The notes: a model not told the origin generated them from the letters alone. Positions 1-12,560 are shown, counted from the stretch's first letter. The stretch is DNA of 64,000 nt from Chrysemys picta bellii (GCF_011386835.1 NC_088807.1:19344001-19408000); one strand, 5' to 3'. Made by a program: numbers and translations.

Positions 1-159
1 TTGGTGTCCAAATGTTTCTCAGAGTCGCTCCTGCCCAGGAGAGAGTCCCCCAGCCTGTAAGCATGGCCGACATTCTTTGCTCCTAGGTGGACGTGTTGGC
101 CTTTACCTGTATTAAAACGCCCGTTGTTTCCTTGCGCCCGGTTGCTCTGAATCACTGAC

Positions 160-505
160 CCACCCGCTGCATTGGTTACTTTCCCCCAATCGTCGTACAA
201 AACTCATCAGGGGTGAGCATATGTTTTCTTCCAGGCCGTTGATAAAAATGTTGAACAGCGGAGGGCCCAGGACTGAGTCCTGAGGGACCCCCCTGGGAAA
301 CAGACCCACTCCATGATGATTCCCTGTTCGTAGCTATATACTGAGATCTATCAGTTAGCCAGTTTTTAGTCCACGGAGCAAGGGCCAGGGTCATTTTCTA
401 GCGGTCTAGGGTTTTTAGGTTTTTTTTTTTTTTCATCAAAATGTCATGCCTTCATCGGCCAAACTCAGCATCTCCCCAAAATAGCTAGTGAGTGAGTTTG
501 ACAAG
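160..505 (-). mobile_element. CR1 (L3) LINE reverse-transcriptase fragment, degenerate
   Basis: Minus-strand frames give SLSNSLTSYFGEMLSLADEG, WTKNWLTDRSQ and GVPQDSVLGPPLFNIFINGL. These match the CR1 RT motifs SCLTNLISFF, WIKNWLTDRSQ and GVPQGSVLGPxLFNIFINDL, with frameshifts. Confidence 0.9.
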
Positions 506-924
506 CTCCCCCGAGTTCCAGCCCCCTCCCCCCCACGCCTGTCCCGCCTTTCCACCCGGCCGCGGCTCGGGGGGTCTGGTCCCTTCTCTGCACACTGCAA
601 CTCACCTTCTTTTGCTTTAATCATGGGCCCAGGGTTAATTGGTGAGGAGGAGCCAGCCCTGTGGGTGAGGCATCCCATGGGGGCCTTGGGAGGGGAGTTA
701 GCGAGATGCCCCAAAAGTTACAGGGTCATGGCCGGCTTGCTTGCTGTCTCTTCATCCCCATTTACTTGCTTCTCTCTCAATTTATTGTGCCGCCCCACAG
801 AGTTTCCTTCTCTCTCTGCCCCCCTCCCCCGATCAACCCCACCCCTTTAAGCTAAATCAGCCCCCAGCCCCCCAACCCCCCCTTCCCAACCGAACGCTGC
901 AAAAAGGATGGAGATGGACAACCC

Positions 925-1185
925 GCCCCGGCCAATCAGGTGCTCCTGCATCCCTCTCCTCAGCCAATCAGAAGCTGGGAGTTCACCCTTTTTGTTAATG
1001 AAACCTTTCCCCCACACACACCCGCTTCCCAGGGTGGGGGGAGCAGAGAGCAGAGTGAAGGGGGGGGATTTCCAGGGATTGGGAAAAAAGAGGTCTGGGG
1101 GGGTTGTAATTACCCACCCATTGGGCAGCCTCCACCAATGGAAACCCTCTCCCCCCTCCCCATTCCAAGGCTGGCCAGCCAATGG
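925..1185. promoter_or_regulatory. Cluster of CCAAT boxes with a GC box (promoter-like)
   Basis: CCGCCCCGGCCAATCAG at ~923, CAGCCAATCAG at ~961, CATTGG at ~1120, CCAATGG at ~1135 and AGCCAATGG at ~1177. Confidence 0.5.
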
Positions 1186-1789
1186 CATAGCCCCAGCAGA
1201 ATGTCTAATTCACCCGCTGGCTTCCCCTCCCCAGCCAAGAATTTGGGGGGGGTTTAATAGAAAGTGCGGAAAGATTTTTTTTTTTTGTAGGGAAAAAGAG
1301 GGGTGGGAGGGGTGGGGCACTGGCCTCTGTCCAAGTCGGGGCTAGACGAGGGGGCGCCGGGCACGAATTGGGGGCGCTGGGCACCGGCTCTTTCATCTCC
1401 CCCCCCCTCCTCCATTTAAAAAAAAAATCTTTTTTGCATCTGCAGCTGCGATTTTTTTCCAAGCAGAAGTAAAGGCACTTGGGGTTTTGTAAACGGGAGC
1501 TTTTTTTCTACCAGCGGATTGAGGTAAGAGCGAGCCCCCGTGCCAAGGCACCACTCCACCCCATTTGCCACCTGTGCCAGTTACGGCGTGGCCCCCACTT
1601 GGGCACCTTCCTCAAGGGAAGCCGGGCGTGGATGGGCGCATTCGGGGGGGGGCATGAGCCGCGGCAGAGGGGAGGGATGGTGGGCAATGCTTAACTTGGG
1701 CCAGGGCTGAGCCCCGGTACCTCTGGCTTGGCAATTCCTAGCCCTGGCACCTCATTCATTACAAATTAAGCACGGAGGGAGGCTGTAAT

Positions 1790-2950
1790 TGTGTGTGTGT
1801 GTGTGTTTTCTCAGAGCGGCTGATGCCCCCATGGGCTTAGTTCTTGGGTGCCGTCTTCGGGCAGAGGGGGGCACGCTAAGAGATGGGTGTCACACGGGAT
1901 GGGTGCCTTGCGTTTGTGTGAGTGTCTCGTCGATTGCAGGCTGGCCTGGGCGCTGGGTTGTGTGTGTGTATGCGCTAATGCCGGTGCGTGCATCATGGTT
2001 TGTGCTGATTGTGTGAGAGTTGGCGGGGGGAAGGTGTCGAGGGTTGTGTTGAGTGTGTGTGAGCGAGTTGGGCTGTGTGTCAAGGATTGTGCATGTGTGT
2101 GAGTTGTGTGTGTCAAGGGTTGTGTGTGAGAGAGTGGGTGGGTCGGTGTCGAGGGTTGTGTTGGGTGTGTGTGTGTAGAGCGAGAGAGTATGTGTGCGTG
2201 TGTGTCAAGGTTTGTGCTGATTGTATGTGTGAACTGGGGGTTGGGTTGAGTCCGTGTGTGTGTGTTTGGTTGTGTCAAAGTTTGTGTTGGTTTGTGTGTG
2301 TGTGTCAAACGTGCTGAATGTGTGAGAGAGAGTTCAGTTGTGTGTCAGTCTGTGCTGGTTGTGTGTGTAAAGGTTTGTGTTGGTTGTGTGTGAGAGTTGG
2401 GATTGTGTCAAGGGATGTGTTTGTGCGTGTGAGAGAGAGTAGTGTGTCACAGTTTGTGCTGATTGTGTGTGTGAGAGAGGGTTCAGTTGTGTGTCAATCT
2501 TTGTGTTGATTGTATGTGCTGCTATTGTTGATTGTGTGTGTGAGTTGGGGGTATGTCAAGGTTTGTGTTAACTGTGTGTGTGTGTGTGTGTACTGCTTTT
2601 GGTTTGTCTGTGATTGCGTGCAAGGAAAGCTTGTGTTGATTGTGTGTCAAGGTTTGGGGTGGTGTGCATGTGCTGCTGCTGTTGCTTTTTGTGTGCATGA
2701 CTTGGTGTGCATGTGTATGCGTGTGATGTGCTTGTGATGACTATTGGGGCGTGTGTGTCATGGCTGGTGGCCATGTGTGCACTCCAGTTTGTGTCAGCGT
2801 GTGAGACACACAGCATCTGTGCTTTGTGGGGGTGTTGTGTGTTGTGTGTGGTTTCCGCTTTGTGTGTGCGTGAGACAATTTGTGTGTACATTGCTGAAGT
2901 GGTGTGTGTGTGTGTGTGTGTATGTGTGTGTCCCATATTGTGTGTGTGTG
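1790..2950. repeat. Degenerate (GT)n-rich low-complexity tract
   Basis: Continuous tgtgtg-rich sequence; a second such tract lies at ~4370-4660. Confidence 0.9.
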
Positions 2951-4899
2951 TTGTAGTTATTTTTAATACGAATCCAAAGCATCTGAATATATCCAGCTTT
3001 TCTCTTCGTAATTCTCGGCTTAAGACCTCCAGCAAATACACCGTGCAGGATCTATTGGCATTTTCTATCACACAGACACAAACGCGCACACACCATCTAA
3101 TGCTCTCTCTCTCTCTCTTACATACCCTGAGTCAAACTGATGCAAGATGACTTCTTTGGTATTTTCCTGGCTGGAGCATACGAAGCTGATGAGCCATTAA
3201 AAAAAAAAAAAAAAAAAAAAACCCTCGTTGCCGCATCTTCCGGGCTTTTGACATGTTTATTCCTCTTTAAGGAAACAGGTGCCGTGTGTACATGCCTAGA
3301 AACGTGCGCCGGTGGCCGGGTGTGCGCCCTTGCACGTGCGTTGTGTGTCAACGACTGTTAAGAGCGACTCATCGACGATCGGTCACTTGCCGATAATCAA
3401 TACCCAATTCATTGATAACTGGGCATTTCTCTGGGCTTAGAGGTGGGATTCGTTCGATAAATCTACCTGGATTGGATTTATTGATTGCCAGTTGGCAAAG
3501 AAAGGTGCACCGACAGTCCTGGATGATGGTCGTTCTCTGCCAGCCTGCGTCCCGGCCGAGGGTAATTATATCCTCGTTCCTCTTTGGTATCGTTCCAGGC
3601 CTGATCTATTTCCTTCTTTTGGTGCAGCCTCTGTCTGCTCTTCGGTTGATTTCGACATTCTCCGTTGTCTTGTGTCCAACGGCCTCAACACTTCAATGTT
3701 TATCCCCCTTTTAGGGGGGCTGTTACCAGTCACACCCCTTGCATTCTAGCATTATAACATCGCTTGCCGCCATGGTGAAATCTGCACAAGGCTCAGTAAA
3801 ATGCCACTCCTTAAAGTTAGCTTAACTGCAAAGGATCCTGGGATGCTCGCTCGCCGGGGCTTTCTTTGGCCTGTTTTCGGTGGCGACAGCCACCCTGCGT
3901 TATTAGGGTGAGTGAGTCTCCCGGTAACAAGCCCTAGATGGGTTGTTACACACACACACGCACAGAGCCTTCAATCAGTTCCTTTAGCTAGCGGTAACCT
4001 GGCTGTTGCGTACGAACTGGCACATGTTCCAGTGGGCCTGGAGGGAACACAAGGCCAAACACACGGGTAGGCCGGTTGTTGTTTAGCCGCAGAATCGGTA
4101 CAATAGGCGACAAGCTAAGCCATACGTGGGATCTCTGTCCGAGGATGTGCAAACAAAGAATGTCTCCGGCCGGTTTAGGGAATTGTTAGCCTTTGCCCTG
4201 CTGCTGCCAAGACGTAAGCCATGGGTGGCTTTACGCACCACGTATAAGTTTAGGTGGTGAGATACAAGGCGGAAGCATACGGCCGACGGAGGTGTACAGT
4301 CGTCCCGCCTCCCCTGTGATCTCCTTACTGTTGATTGCAGAGTCCTTGTCGGAGATTGGGACCGGTGTGCACGGCTGAGTGTGCGTGTGTCTGTGATTGT
4401 GCATGGCGGAGTGTCCGTGTGTCCAGGACTGCACGGGTGAGCAGCCGCGTGTGTGTGTGTCAATGGTTGTGCATGGCGGAGTGTCTGTGTGCGTGTGTGT
4501 GTGTCAGTGATTGTACAGGCGTGAGGGCTGCATGTTGTCCGTTAGGGCACTCTGGAGTGCTGGGGAACGAATGTGTGGGCCCGTTTGTGAGTGCACAGGT
4601 GTGTGTGCATGAATGGTTGTGCGAGGCGGGGCACGGGAGTGTGCGTGTGCAGGTGTGTACATACTTCGGGCATTGAAAGTCAGCAGCCTCCTTACGTTCT
4701 CCTTCAGGGACTTGTCCCGCTGTTGCTGTCAATGGGGGTGTTTGCCCCCCGCAGCTGACTGGTTAACGCCCAGACAGTTGGGCCAGGGATGGTGCACACG
4801 CCGGGTGCGAGCTCCCTGTGGGGTGGAATCGCTCCTGATGTGGGGCATGGGCTAGACGGAGAGATGGATGGAGGGGGGTGAGGATGGATGGCCGAATGG

Positions 4900-5560
4900 A
4901 TGGATGGACAGACAGACAGACAGACAGATGGGTGTGTGTGTGTGTGGGGGGGTGGATGATGGACAGAGAGATGTGTGTGGGGATGGACAGAGAGATGTGT
5001 GGGGAACAGAGGATGGACAGACAGACGTGTGGAGATGGGCAGACAGAGATGTGGGGATGGAGGACGGACAGACAGAGGTGTGGGGACGGAGGACGGACAG
5101 ACAGACGTGTGGGAATGGGCAGATGGAGGTGTGGGGATGGAGGACAGACAGACAGAGGTGTGGGGATGGAGGATGGACAGACAGAGGTGTGGGGACGGAG
5201 GACAGACAGACAGACGTGTGGGGATGGGCAGACGGAGGTGTGGGGATGGAGGACAGACAGACAGAGGTGTGGGGATGGAGGACGGACAGACAGAGGTGTG
5301 GGGATGGGCAGACAGGTGTGGGGATGGAGGACGGACAGACAGAGGTGTGGGGATGGAAGACGGACAGACAGACGTGTGGGGATGGGCAGACAGAGGTGTG
5401 GGGATGGAAGACGGACAGACAGACGTGTGGGGATGGGCAGACGGAGGTGTGGGGACGGAGGACGGACAGACAGAGGTGTGGGGATGGAGGACGGACAGAC
5501 AGAGGTGTGGGGATGGGCAGACAGAGGTGTGGGGACGGAGGACGGACAGACAGATGTGTG
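4900..5560. repeat. Minisatellite GGACAGACAGAGGTGTGGGGATGGA-type
   Basis: Tandem ~22-30 bp variants are visible directly. Confidence 0.9.
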
Positions 5561-5765
5561 GGGCTCAGGAACTGGCTCTGACCCCTGTGTGTGGGGCTGA
5601 TGGGCCCTGCTGCGGTCCTGCCACCCCCCAGGGCCCTGTGAAAGCCCGTTAGCTCCAGTGGGGCGTTGGCAGGGCTGGGGTGTGTACCCCCCACACACCC
5701 CTGCTCTCTGAAGGGGAAGGGGAATGGGGGGGAGGGGAAGAGACGAAGTGGGGGATGGGCCTGCA

Positions 5766-5793
5766 GTTTCCATGGAGCTGTCGCCATGGAAAC
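5766..5793. promoter_or_regulatory. Tandem RFX X-box motifs
   Basis: GTTTCCATGGAGC followed by GTCGCCATGGAAAC; the latter fits the X-box consensus GTNRCCATGGNAAC. Confidence 0.45.
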
Positions 5794-5940
5794 AGCACAG
5801 GCTGCCTGGATCCTTTGGGCTCCAGGAAGCTGTCGGATGAATGAGGAAGGGGGTGGGGGGTTCATGGCAGGGCCCGATCCTGAGGGATCAGCAGGCCCCA
5901 GGGAACACCCCCACTGCTGGGTGTGGGGTGGGGCGGGCAT

Positions 5941-6440
5941 NNNNNNNNNNNNNNNNNNNNNNNNNNNNNNNNNNNNNNNNNNNNNNNNNNNNNNNNNNNN
6001 NNNNNNNNNNNNNNNNNNNNNNNNNNNNNNNNNNNNNNNNNNNNNNNNNNNNNNNNNNNNNNNNNNNNNNNNNNNNNNNNNNNNNNNNNNNNNNNNNNNN
6101 NNNNNNNNNNNNNNNNNNNNNNNNNNNNNNNNNNNNNNNNNNNNNNNNNNNNNNNNNNNNNNNNNNNNNNNNNNNNNNNNNNNNNNNNNNNNNNNNNNNN
6201 NNNNNNNNNNNNNNNNNNNNNNNNNNNNNNNNNNNNNNNNNNNNNNNNNNNNNNNNNNNNNNNNNNNNNNNNNNNNNNNNNNNNNNNNNNNNNNNNNNNN
6301 NNNNNNNNNNNNNNNNNNNNNNNNNNNNNNNNNNNNNNNNNNNNNNNNNNNNNNNNNNNNNNNNNNNNNNNNNNNNNNNNNNNNNNNNNNNNNNNNNNNN
6401 NNNNNNNNNNNNNNNNNNNNNNNNNNNNNNNNNNNNNNNN
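5941..6440. other. Assembly gap (500 N); may hide SHISA7 5' exons
   Basis: N run; the Shisa-domain and TM exons of SHISA7 are not found elsewhere in the window. Confidence 0.95.
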
Positions 6441-6909
6441 GCCTGGGGACTAGAACTGCTTGCTAGTCATGGGGGGTGGATTCATTTTCCAGGGTCTCGT
6501 TAGTGGGGGTCTAAGTGGGTGTTTTGGGGGCACTGAAGGTCCACTCGCCCAGAGCCCCGGCCTCAACCCCATCGCCTGCGCCTAGGAATTGGGGACCCAT
6601 TGAATATTCTTTGGGGGGCAAATTTCCCATTTTGTGGCCCCCTGCCTGTAATGCCGGCCCTGAGCCTTCCCTACTATTCCACACTCCCTTTCCTGAGCTG
6701 GGGGGAGAACTCAGGAGTCCTGGCTCCCAGCCCCCGCCCCCCTAACCACTGGCTCCCCCCCCCGTCCCCGAGCCAGGGAGAGAACCCAGGTGTCCTGGCT
6801 CCGGCTGGGGTGCGCCCTGGAAGTTGGGCAGCATTAGGCGGGCCAGGGAGACACCCAGTGGCTGTTTGGGGAATGGCAGGTTTCTTCATTGCACTGGTCC
6901 AGAGAGTAT

Positions 6910-8250
6910 CCATCCATTCCTCCTCTGCACCCCCACATCCCCCGATCCCTCCATCCATCCATCCCTCCACCCCACATCCCCCCAATCTCTCCATCCATCC
7001 CTCCACCCCTACATCCCCCCAATCTCTCCATCCTTCCCGCCCCCTGCACCCCCACATCCCTCGATCCCTCCAACCATCCCTCCCCCTGAACCCCCCACAT
7101 TCCCCGATCCTCCCTCCATCCCTCCCCCTGCACCCCCAGATCCCCCCAATCTGTCCATCCATCCCTGCACCCCCACATCCCCCCAATCTCTCCATCCTTC
7201 CTGCCCCCTTCACCCCCACATCCCCCCTCTCCCTCCACCCATCCCTCCCCCTGAACCCCCACATTCCCCCAATCCCTCCCTCCATCCCTCCCCCTTGCAC
7301 CCCCACATCCCCCGATTCCTCCATCCATCCCTTCCCCTGCACCCCCAGATCCCCCCAATCTCTCCATCCATCCCTTCCTGCACCCCCAAATCCACTGATC
7401 CCTCCTTCCATTCCTCCCCTTCATCCCAATACCTCCATCCCTCCCTCCCTTTGCACCTCCACATCCCCTATCCCTCCATCCATCCCTCCCCCCTGCACCC
7501 TCACATCGACCCGACCCCTCCATCCATCCCCCTCCTGCACTCCCACATCCCCGATCCCTCCCTCCATCCCTCCCCTGCAACCCCCACATCCCCGATCCCT
7601 CCCTACATTATTCCCCTGCACCCCCACATTGACCCGACCGCTCCCTCCATCCCTCCCCTGCACCCCCACATTGCCGTGACCCCTCCCTTCATCCCTGCCC
7701 CTGCACCCCCACATCACCCCGACCCCTCCATCCATCTCCCTCCTGCACTCCCACATCCCAATCCCTCCCTAAATTATTCCCCTGCACCCCCACATCACCT
7801 CAACCCCTCCTTCCATCCCTCCCCTGCACCCCCACATCCCCCGATCCCTCCGTCTATCCCTCCCCCTGCACCCCCATATCGCCACGACCCCTCTGTCCAT
7901 CCCTCCCCCTGCACCCCCACATCGCCCCAACCCCTCCATCCATCCCCCTCCTGCACCCCCACATCCCCGATCCTCCGTCCATTCCTCCCCTGCACCTGAC
8001 ATCCCTCATCCCTCCCTCCATCCCTCCCCCTGCACCCCTACATCCCCCAGATCCTTCCATTTCTCCCTCCCCCTGCACCCCCACATCCCCTGATCCCTCC
8101 CTCCCATCCCTCCCCTGCACCCCCACATCCCCTGATCCCTCCCTCCATCCCTCCCCTGCACCCCCACATCCCCCGGATCCCTCCGTCCATCCTCCCCTGC
8201 ACCCCCACATCCCCGATCCATCCCCTGCACCCCCACATTCCCACTCACCC
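6910..8250. repeat. C-rich minisatellite (CCCTCCATCCCTCCCCCTGCACCCCCACATCCCCCGAT-like)
   Basis: Degenerate ~35-40 bp tandem units; these explain the Pro-rich and Gly-rich ORFs in the track. Confidence 0.9.
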
Positions 8251-8259
8251 CAGAGGTGT

Positions 8260-9080
8260 CTGCCCTCACACATTACCTTTAAGGGTTTGGGTTTTTTGGT
8301 CCCCAGACAGAAAATACCATCAGGCGGACTCAGAGGTGTCTGACCTTGCACATTACCTTTAAGGGCCTGGGTTTTTGGGTTTTTTTTTGCCCCCAGATAC
8401 AAAATACCATCAGGCGACCCCAGCAGTCTGGCCTTGCACATTACCTTTAAGGAGCTGTGTTGTTTTTTTTTGTCCCCAGACAGAAAATACCATCAGGCGG
8501 GGGACCCAGAAGTGTCTGAGCTCATACATTACCTCAAGGGGGCGTGGGTATTTGTCCCCAGACAGAAAATACCATCAGTTGGACACACCAGTTTCACCTT
8601 GCACATTACCTTTAAGGGGTTGTGGGTTTTTTGTCTCCAGGCAGAAAAAGACCATCAAGTGGACCTGGGCCAGAAGTGTGTGACCATGCACGTTACCTTT
8701 AAGGAGCTGTGTTGTTTTTTTTTGTCCCCAGACAGAAAATACCATCAGGCGGGGGACCCAGAAGTGTCTGAGCTCATACATTACCTCAAGGGGCGTGGGT
8801 ATTTGTCCCCAGACAGAAAATACCATCAGTTGGACACATCAGTTTCACCTTGCACATTACCTTTAAGGGGTTGTGGGCTTTTTGTCCCCAGGCAGAAAAG
8901 ACCATCAAGTGGACCTGGGCCAGAAGTGTGTGACCTTGCACATTACCTTTAAGGGGCCAGGTTTTTTTGTCCCCAGACGGACAATAGCACCAGGGAGACC
9001 CAGAGGTGTCTGACCTCGCACATTACCTTTAAGGGGCTGGGTTTTGGTGGTGAGGTTTTGGGGGGTTTTGCCCCCAGACA
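8260..9080. repeat. ~80-90 bp tandem repeat with a duplicated 251-bp trimer
   Basis: ACATTACCTTTAAG anchors at ~8270, 8350, 8438, 8527, 8603, 8689, 8779, 8854, 8940 and 9021; 8438-8688 is nearly identical to 8689-8939. Confidence 0.85.
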
Positions 9081-9103
9081 AATAACCCGGCTTTGCCTTG
9101 CAG

Positions 9104-9169
9104 ACGCCAAGCACCACAACTACGTGCACCTCAACGTGAGCAGCCCGAAGCACCACGCCGCCACGCTGG
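9104..9169 (+). CDS. SHISA7: SHISA7 (CKAMP59) small internal exon, DAKHHNYVHLNVSSPKHHAATL
   Basis: 66 nt, phase 1-1, ttgcag|AC...CTGG|gtaggt; resembles the rodent Shisa7 alternative exon (NVNSPKHHAATL). Confidence 0.85.
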
Positions 9170-9417
9170 GTAGGTGACGGGCCCGGGCGGGGGGCTCAGG
9201 GCCCAGCTCTGTACCCCCTGACCCGGGGGGAGGGGGCCCCGTTTTCTCACCCGAGCTGCCCCAGGGAATCAGAATCCTCCAGCCGGGAAAGGGGGTGGGG
9301 TGGGGTGGGGTGGGGGGAGATAAAATGGCCCAGAGATTTAATCTCTATCTTTGCCCCTCCCCCAACCCCCTCTTCTTGGCCCCCTCCCCCGCCCTCCATC
9401 TGTCCTCTCCCTCCTGA

Positions 9418-10032
<615 letters not shown>

Positions 10033-10334
10033 TGACTGGTAGCCTGTGGGTGAAATGAATTCATTCACAGTCGCCCCATCCAGCCATGGAGCCTGTGAAC
10101 GTGCAAAGGGAGAGTTGGTCACATTGTCCATTATCTCCCATCCCCCCTGCCCCTCCCCTGCTGCCTTTGCCCCTCCCATCCTCCTGCCCCCGCCCCTCTT
10201 GCCTTTGCCCCCTCCCATCCCCCCTTTGCCCCTCCCCTCCTGCCTTTGCCCCTCCCATCCCCCTGCCCCTCCCCTCCTGCCTTTGCCCCTCCCATCCCCC
10301 ACCCCCCCTGCTGCCTTTGCCCTGCCCCCCCCAG

Positions 10335-10917
10335 CGGAGAAGGACATGGACGAGCTGTACCTGAAGCGGCGGCACCTGGCCGAGCTGACGCGGGGCACGC
10401 TGCCCTGCACGCCATGAAGATGAACTACGAGCGCTACGGGGAGGCGGCCCAGCACCCGCGACGGGTGATGTCCCAGGAGCACATCCTTTCGGACGGCTAC
10501 CGCCCCCTCCCCCTACGACTGCGCCGGCCCCCGGGAGCGGGTCGTCTCCCACGAGCGGCTGCTCTCTCGCGAGGCCCTGCACTCCCAGGAGCCTCTGCTC
10601 TCGCCCGAGCGCCTACACCCAGGGCACGGGGCCTTTCCAGGAGCTGCGGCTGGGCCACCAAAAGGCCCTGTCCCAGACCAACATCTGCGCCGCCGGCACC
10701 CCGCTGCTCGAACGCCACCAGGGGCACAAGATGAACTCCCACCCCTCCTCCGCCAACTCCGCCAGGCCGCCTGGGAGGTGGGCAGCAACCACACGGCCAG
10801 CCGGCGCCAGGGCTTCGGCGCCCGCCGCCAGAGCACCATCGAGCAGCTGCAGTTCATCCAGGGCACCACCCCAGCCAGCATCTCCGCACCGGGAGCAAGA
10901 ACGAGGTCACCGTGTGA
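10335..10917 (+). CDS. SHISA7: SHISA7 last coding exon, ending in the PDZ ligand SKNEVTV; about five apparent 1-nt indels
   Basis: AEKDMDELYLKRR, PRRVMSQEHIL, RQSTIEQLQFI and QHLRTGSKNEVTV* lie in shifting frames; breaks are at C-runs near 10403, 10508, 10625, 10760 and 10858. Confidence 0.9.
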
Positions 10918-11067
10918 GGGCCCAGCTCAGGTGGACTCGACTTTCCAAGGCCATAGCTCTCTTCCTCCTCCTCCCTCTGCGTCTTCCCCCGTCCTTCCCG
11001 TCTTCTTTCTTGGACCGGGCAGCCTGCCGGGCTTCGAGGCCTTTGCCGGCTTTGGTGGCATCCGCCT

Positions 11068-12560
11068 TTGATGACCTCAGCGCCACGGGCCCTGTCAACT
11101 TTTGATGATGTCAGGGTCACGTTGAACCCATCCACACTGGATGACGTCAGGCCCTGAGACCCTGTTGACGTTGGGTGACGTCGAGATTGCCTTGTCTCCG
11201 TCCGTGTTAGATGATGTCCAGAATTGGTGACATCACTGCTGCAGGCCCTCTTGACTTGTGATGATGTCAAGATTGCCTTGGGCCCATCCGTGTTGGGTGA
11301 CCTCAGCGCCACGGGCCCTGTCAACTTTTGATGATGTCTGGGTCGCGTTGAACCCATCCACGTTGGATCGACATCAGCACCTTGGAGCCTGTCAACATTG
11401 GGTGATGTCAAGATTGCCTTGTCTCCGTCCATGTTAGATGATGTCAGTGCCCTGGGCTCTATCGACTTTTGATGATGTCAAGACTGTGTTGAGCCTCTCC
11501 AAGACTGATGACATCAGTGCTGGGGCCCTCTCGACTTTTGATGATGTCAAGATTGCCTGGGGCCCATCCCCGTTGGATGACATCAGCACCATGGGCCTTG
11601 CTGACATTTGATGATGGCAAGATTGTGTTCGACCCATCCACGTTGGGTGACATCAGCGCCCCAGGGCTCTGTTGACATTGGACGACGTCATGATTGCTTT
11701 GGACCCATCCACGTTCAATGATGTCAAATTGCATTTGGCCCGTCCACCGACATCAGCGCTGTGGGCCCTGTTGATGGTTGATGATGTCAGGACAGTCAGG
11801 CCTGTCCATATGGGATTACGTCAGTGCTATGGTTGTGTCCTGTTGACTTTTGATGATGATGTCAGCACTGGCCATCTTTGATGACATCTGCACTGTGGCC
11901 CTTGTCTATGTGTCATGATGTCAGTACCACCAAGCCTGTCAACCTGTGATGATGTAAACACTGTGGGTCAACCTTTGATGATGCCAAGAGGGCTCTCAAC
12001 CTCTGCCATCCATACCGTATCCATCTCATGACATCAACACTGTGGACCTTGTCGGTGATTGATAACATGAGTGCTGTGGGGCTCGTCGACGTCTGATGAC
12101 ATCATCGCCGTTTCATGGTCTCAACACTGTGGACCTCGTTGACCGTGGATGACGCCAGTGTCCTGGGCATCAGCCTGTTGGTTTTGACATCAGACCAGTG
12201 GCTCCGTCGCCGATTGATGATGCCTGTTCACTGGCCGTTTTTACTGATGATGTCACAGTGGTTGGCCTGGTCAATAGTTGAGGAGATCAAGCACTGCCAG
12301 GCCTGGACAACCCTTGATGATGTCAGCACTGCGGACTTTGTCAGTGATGGATGATGTCAAGATCATCGGGGTTGTTGATGTTTAAGGTCGGCCATGTTGA
12401 TATTCGGTGATGTCAGCTCTGTGGACCTGGTTCCTTTTTTTTGATGACATCAGCACTGTGGGCCTTGTCTATCTTTTGATGATGTCACTGCTGTGGGCCC
12501 AGTCCACTTGTTGATGATGTCACTGCTGTGGGCCCAGTCCCCTTTTTTATGACATCACGA
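11068..12560. repeat. Diverged 34+36 bp dimeric tandem repeat with TGAYRTCA cores, just downstream of the SHISA7 stop
   Basis: GATGAYRTCA recurs with alternating 34 and 36 nt spacing through ~11720, and more loosely to ~12560. Confidence 0.8.

Noticed and set aside
4763-8441. Multiple 200-390 aa ORFs
   Set aside because: All coincide with simple tandem repeats or run through N gaps.
11068-12560. C/D snoRNA cluster suggested by the many TGATGA motifs
   Set aside because: No consistent CTGA D boxes or terminal stems at suitable spacing; TGATGA is part of the TGATGATGTCA repeat core.
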